Source of the DNA: Eledone cirrhosa
Lineage: Eukaryota
Reading direction: 5' to 3'
NCBI GenBank assembly: GCA_964016885.1
Contig: OZ024740.1
Coordinates: forward strand, 46,562,001 to 46,626,000
Length of the DNA: 64,000 bases
Position numbers and translations under genes: made by a program
Notes under the pieces: generated by a model
Databases searched by the model: none
What the model saw: only the letters and a program-made list of their open reading frames with translations
Told to the model about the DNA's origin: nothing
Shown: positions 58,501 to 64,000 of the stretch, piece by piece
Position numbering within the stretch: position 1 is the first letter of the stretch
Layout of the letters: each line of letters starts with the position of its first letter

Positions 58501-61500
58501 AACAGAATTACAATGTAACCTCTACTATAGCCACAACCTAGCCTAACAGAATTACAATGTAACCTCTACTATAGCCACAACCTAGCCTAACAGAATTACA
58601 ATGTAACCTCTACTATAGCCACAACCTAGCCTAACAGAATTACAATGTAACCTCTACTATAGCCACAACCTAGCCTAACAGAATTACAATGTAACCTCTA
58701 CTATAGCCACAACCTAGCCTAACAGAATTACAATGTAAACTCTACTATAGTCACAACCCAGTCTAACAGAATTACAATGTAACCTCTACTATAGTCACAA
58801 CCCAGCCTAACAGAATTACAATGTAACCTCTACTATAGCCACAACCTAGCCTAACAGAATTACAATGTAACCTCTACTATAGCCACAACCTAGCCTAACA
58901 GAATTACAATGTAACCTCTACTATAGCCACAACCTAGCCTAACAGAATTACAATGTAACCTCTACTATAGCCACAACCTAGCCTAACAGAATTACAATGT
59001 AAACTCTACTATAGTCACAACCCAGTCTAACAGAATTACAATGTAACCTCTACTATAGTCACAACCCAGCCTAACAGAATTACAATGTAACCTCTACTAT
59101 AGCCACAACCTAGCCTAACAGAATTACAATGTAACCTCTACTATAGCCACAACCTAGCCTAACAGAATTACAATGTAACCTCTACTATAGCCACAACCTA
59201 GCCTAACAGAATTACAATGTAACCTCTACTATAGCCACAACCTAGCCTAACAGAATTACAATGTAACCTCTACTATAGCCACAACCTAGCCTAACAGAAT
59301 TACAATGTAACCTCTACTATAGCCACAACCTAGCCTAACAGAATTACAATGTAACCTCTACTATAGCCACAACCTAGCCTAACAGAATTACAATGTAACC
59401 TCTACTATAGCCACAACCTAGCCTAACAGAATTACAATGTAAACTCTACTATAGTCACAACCCAGTCTAACAGAATTACAATGTAACCTCTAATATAGTC
59501 ACAACCCAGCCTAACAGAATTACAATGTAACCTCTACTATAGCCACAACCTAGCCTAACAGAATTACAATGTAACCTCTACTATAGCCACAACCTAGCCT
59601 AACAGAATTACAATGTAACCTCTACTATAGCCACAACCTAGTCTAACAGAATTACAATGTAACCTCTACTATAGTCACAACCCATGTGTAACAGAATTAC
59701 AATGTAACCTCTACTATAGCCACAAACCAGTCTATCAGAATTACAATGTAACCTCTACTATAGCCACAACCTAGCCTAACAGAATTACAATGTAACCTCT
59801 ACTATAGCCACAACCTAGCCTAACAGAATTACAATGTAACCTCTACTATAGCCACAACCCAGCCTAACAGAATTACAATGTAACCTCTACTATAGCCACA
59901 ACCTAGCCTAACAGAATTACAATGTAACCTCTACTATAGCCACAACCTAGCCTAACAGAATTACAATGTAACCTCTACTATAGCCACAACCTAGCCTAAC
60001 AGAATTACAATGTAACCTCTACTATAGCCACAACCTAGCCTAACAGAATTACAATGTAAACTCTACTATAGTCACAACCCAGTCTAACAGAATTACAATG
60101 TAACCTCTACTATAGTCACAACCCAGCCTAACAGAATTACAATGTAACCTCTACTATAGCCACAACCTAGCCTAACAGAATTACAATGTAACCTCTACTA
60201 TAGCCACAACCTAGCCTAACAGAATTACAATGTAAACTCTACTATAGTCACAACCCAGTCTAACAGAATTACAATGTAACCTCTGCTATAGTCACAACCC
60301 AGCCTAACAGAATTAAAATGTAACCTCTACTATAGCCACAACCTAGCCTAACAGAATTACAATGTAACCTCTACTATAGCCACAACCTAGCCTAACAGAA
60401 TTACAATGTAACCTCTACTATAGCCACAACCTAGCCTAACAGAATTACAATGTAACCTCTACTATAGCCACAACCTAGCCTAACAGAATTACAATGTAAA
60501 CTCTACTATAGTCACAACCCAGTCTAACAGAATTACAATGTAACCTCTACTATAGTCACAACCCAGCCTAACAGAATTACAATGTAACCTCTACTATAGC
60601 CACAACCTAGCCTAACAGAATTACAATGTAACCTCTACTATAGCCACAACCTAGCCTAACAGAATTACAATGTAACCTCTACTATAGCCACAACCTAGCC
60701 TAACAGAATTACAATGTAACCTCTACTATAGCCACAACCTAGCCTAACAGAATTACAATGTAACCTCTACTATAGCCACAACCTAGCCTAACAGAATTAC
60801 AATGTAACCTCTACTATAGCCACAACCTAGCCTAACAGAATTACAATGTAACCTCTACTATAGCCACAACCTAGCCTAACAGAATTACAATGTAACCTCT
60901 ACTATAGCCACAACCTAGCCTAACAGAATTACAATGTAACCTCTACTATAGCCACAACCTAGCCTAACAGAATTACAATGTAAACTCTACTATAGTCACA
61001 ACCCAGTCTAACAGAATTACAATGTAACCTCTAATATAGTCACAACCCAGCCTAACAGAATTACAATGTAACCTCTACTATAGCCACAACCTAGCCTAAC
61101 AGAATTACAATGTAACCTCTACTATAGCCACAACCTAGCCTAACAGAATTACAATGTAACCTCTACTATAGCCACAACCTAGTCTAACAGAATTACAATG
61201 TAACCTCTACTATAGTCACAACCCATGTGTAACAGAATTACAATGTAACCTCTACTATAGCCACAAACCAGTCTATCAGAATTACAATGTAACCTCTACT
61301 ATAGCCACAACCTAGCCTAACAGAATTACAATGTAACCTCTACTATAGACACAACCTAGCCTAACAGAATTACAATGTAACCTCTACTATAGCCACAACC
61401 CAGCCTAACAGAATTACAATGTAACCTCTACTATAGCCACAACCTAGCCTAACAGAATTACAATGTAACCTCTACTATAGCCACAACCCAGCCTAACAGA

Positions 61501-64000
61501 ATTACATTGTAACCTCTACTATAGCCACAACCCAGCCTAACAGAATTACAATGTAACCTCTACTATAGCCACAACCTAGCCTAACAGAATTACAATGTAA
61601 CCTCTACTATAGCCACAACCCAGCCTAACAGAATTACAATGTAACCTCTACTATAGCCACAACCTAGCCTAACAGAATTACAATGTAACCTCTACTATAG
61701 TCACAACCCAGTCTAACAGAATTACAATGTAACCTCTACTATAGCCATAACCTAGCCTAACAGAATTACAATGTAACCTCTACTATAGCCACAACCAAGA
61801 CTAACAGAATTACAATGTAACCTCTACTATAGCCACAACCTACTAACAGAATTACAATGTAACCTCTACTATAGCCACAACCCAGTCTAACAGAATTACA
61901 ATGTAACCTCTACTATAGCCACAACCCAGCCTAACAGAATTACAATGTAACCTCTACTATAGCCACAACCCAGCCTAACAGAATTACAATGTAACCTCTT
62001 CTATAGCCACAACCCAGTCTAACAGAATTACAATGTAACCTCTACTATAGCCACAACCTAGCCTAACAGAATTACAATGTAACCTCTACTATAGCCACAA
62101 CCCAGCCTAACAGAATTACAATGTAACCTCTTCTATAGCCACAACCCAGTCTAACAGAGTTACAATGTAACCTCTACTATAGCCACAACCCAGCCTAACA
62201 GAATTACAATGTAACCTCTACTATAGCCACAACCCAGCCTAACAGAATTACAATGTAACCTCTACTATAGCCACAACCTAGCCTAACAGAATTACAATGT
62301 AACCTCTACTATAGCCACAACCCAGTCTAACAGAATTACAATGTAACCTCTACTATAGCCACAACCCAGCCTAACAGAATTACAATGTAACCTCTACTAT
62401 AGCCACAACCCAGCCTAACAGAATTACAATGTAACCTCTTCTATAGCCACAACCCAGTCTAACAGAATTACAATGTAACCTCTACTATAGCCACAATCTA
62501 GCCTAACAGAATTACAATGTAACCTCTACTATAGCCACAACCCAGCCTAACAGAATTACAATGTAACCTCTTCTATAGCCACAACCCAGTCTAACAGAAT
62601 TACAATGTAACCTCTACTATAGCCACAACCCAACCTAACAGAATTACAATGTAACCTCGACTATAGCCACAACCCAGCCTAACAGAATCACAATGTAACC
62701 CCTACTATAGCCACAACCTAGTCTAACAGAATTACAATGTAACCTCTACTATAGCCACAACCCAGTCTAACAGAATTCCAATGTAACCTCTACTATAGCC
62801 ACAACCTAGCCTAACAGAATTCCAATGTAACCTCTACTATAGCCACAACCTAGCCTAACAGAATTACAATGTAACCTCTACTATAGCCACAACCCAGTCT
62901 AACAGAATTACAATGTAACCTCTACTATAGCCACAACCTAGCCTAACAGAATTACAATGTAACCTCTACTATAGCCACAACCCAGTCTAACAAAATTACA
63001 ATGTAACCTCTACTATAGCCACAACCTAGCCTAACAGAATTACAATGTAACTTCTACTATAGCCACAACCCAGTCTAACAGAATTACAATGTAACCTCTA
63101 CTATAGCCACAACCTAGCCTAACAGAATTACAATGTAACCTCTACTATAGCCACAGCCCAGTCTAACAGAATTACAATGTTACCTCTACTATAGCCACAA
63201 CCTAGCCTAACAGAATTACAATGTAACCTCTACTATAGCCACAACCTAGCCTAACAGAATTACAATGTAAACTCTACTATAGTCACAACCCAGTCTAACA
63301 GAATTACAATGTAACCTCTACTATAGTCACAACCCAGCCTAACAGAATTACAATGTAACCTCTACTATAGCCACAACCTAGTCTAACAGAATTACAATGT
63401 AAACTCTACTATAGCCACAACCTAGCCTAACAGAATTACAATGTTTAACTCTACTATAGTCACAACCCAGTCTAACAGAATTACAATGTAACCTCTACTA
63501 TAGTCACAACCCAGCCTAACAGAATTACAATGTAACCTCTACTATAGCCACAACCTAGCCTAACAGAATTACAATGTAACCTCTACTATAGCCACAACCT
63601 AGCCTAACAGAATTACAATGTAACCTCTACTATAGCCACAACCTAGCCTAACAGAATTACAATGTAACCTCTACTATAGCCACAACCTAGCCTAACAGAA
63701 TTACAATGTAACCTCTACTATGGCCACAACCTAGCCTAACAGAATTACAATGTAACCTCTACTATAGCCACAACCTAGCCTAACAGAATTACAATGTAAC
63801 CTCTACTATAGCCACAACCTAGCCTAACAGAATTACAATGTAACCTCTACTATAGCCACAACCTAGCCTAACAGAATTACAATGTAAACTCTACTATAGT
63901 CACAACCCAGTCTAACAGAATTACAATGTAACCTCTACTATAGTCACAACCCAGCCTAACAGAATTACAATGTAACCTCTACTATAGCCACAACCTAGCC
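46569..64000 (+). repeat. Tandem satellite array, 44-bp monomer, right arm (~395 copies; continues beyond window end)
   Basis: Resumes at tatagtcacaacccagcctaa in the same orientation as the left arm. It becomes progressively richer in the ctagcctaa variant and more diverged after ~61500. Confidence 0.99.

Noticed and set aside
1-64000. CRISPR array, or an RT-associated CRISPR/retron/DGR system
   Set aside because: The repeats are contiguous with no unique spacers, there are no cas or accessory genes, and the RT is a eukaryotic CR1-type LINE fragment.

Overview
This window is eukaryotic (most likely metazoan) repetitive DNA, not a prokaryotic locus. About 98% of it is one head-to-tail tandem satellite with a 44-bp monomer (consensus CAGAATTACAATGTAACCTCTACTATAGCCACAACC[C/T]AG[T/C]CTAA), roughly 1,430 copies in one orientation, running off both window ends. 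The array is interrupted once, at ~45348-46568, by a 5'-truncated CR1-clade non-LTR retrotransposon. The insert carries an uninterrupted C-terminal half of ORF2 (RT motifs PQGSVLGPLLF and YADD) and a 3' UTR with two diverged tandem copies of the terminal stem-loop + (ATT)n module. It has no target-site duplication and instead deletes ~9 bp of one monomer. Rare monomer variants record nested, variable-length block duplications (267 bp to ~8.4 kb offsets), one out-of-register junction at ~52529 and a more diverged zone near the right end. No host genes, RNA genes or CRISPR arrays are supported. All counts and offsets were read by eye and should be recomputed.
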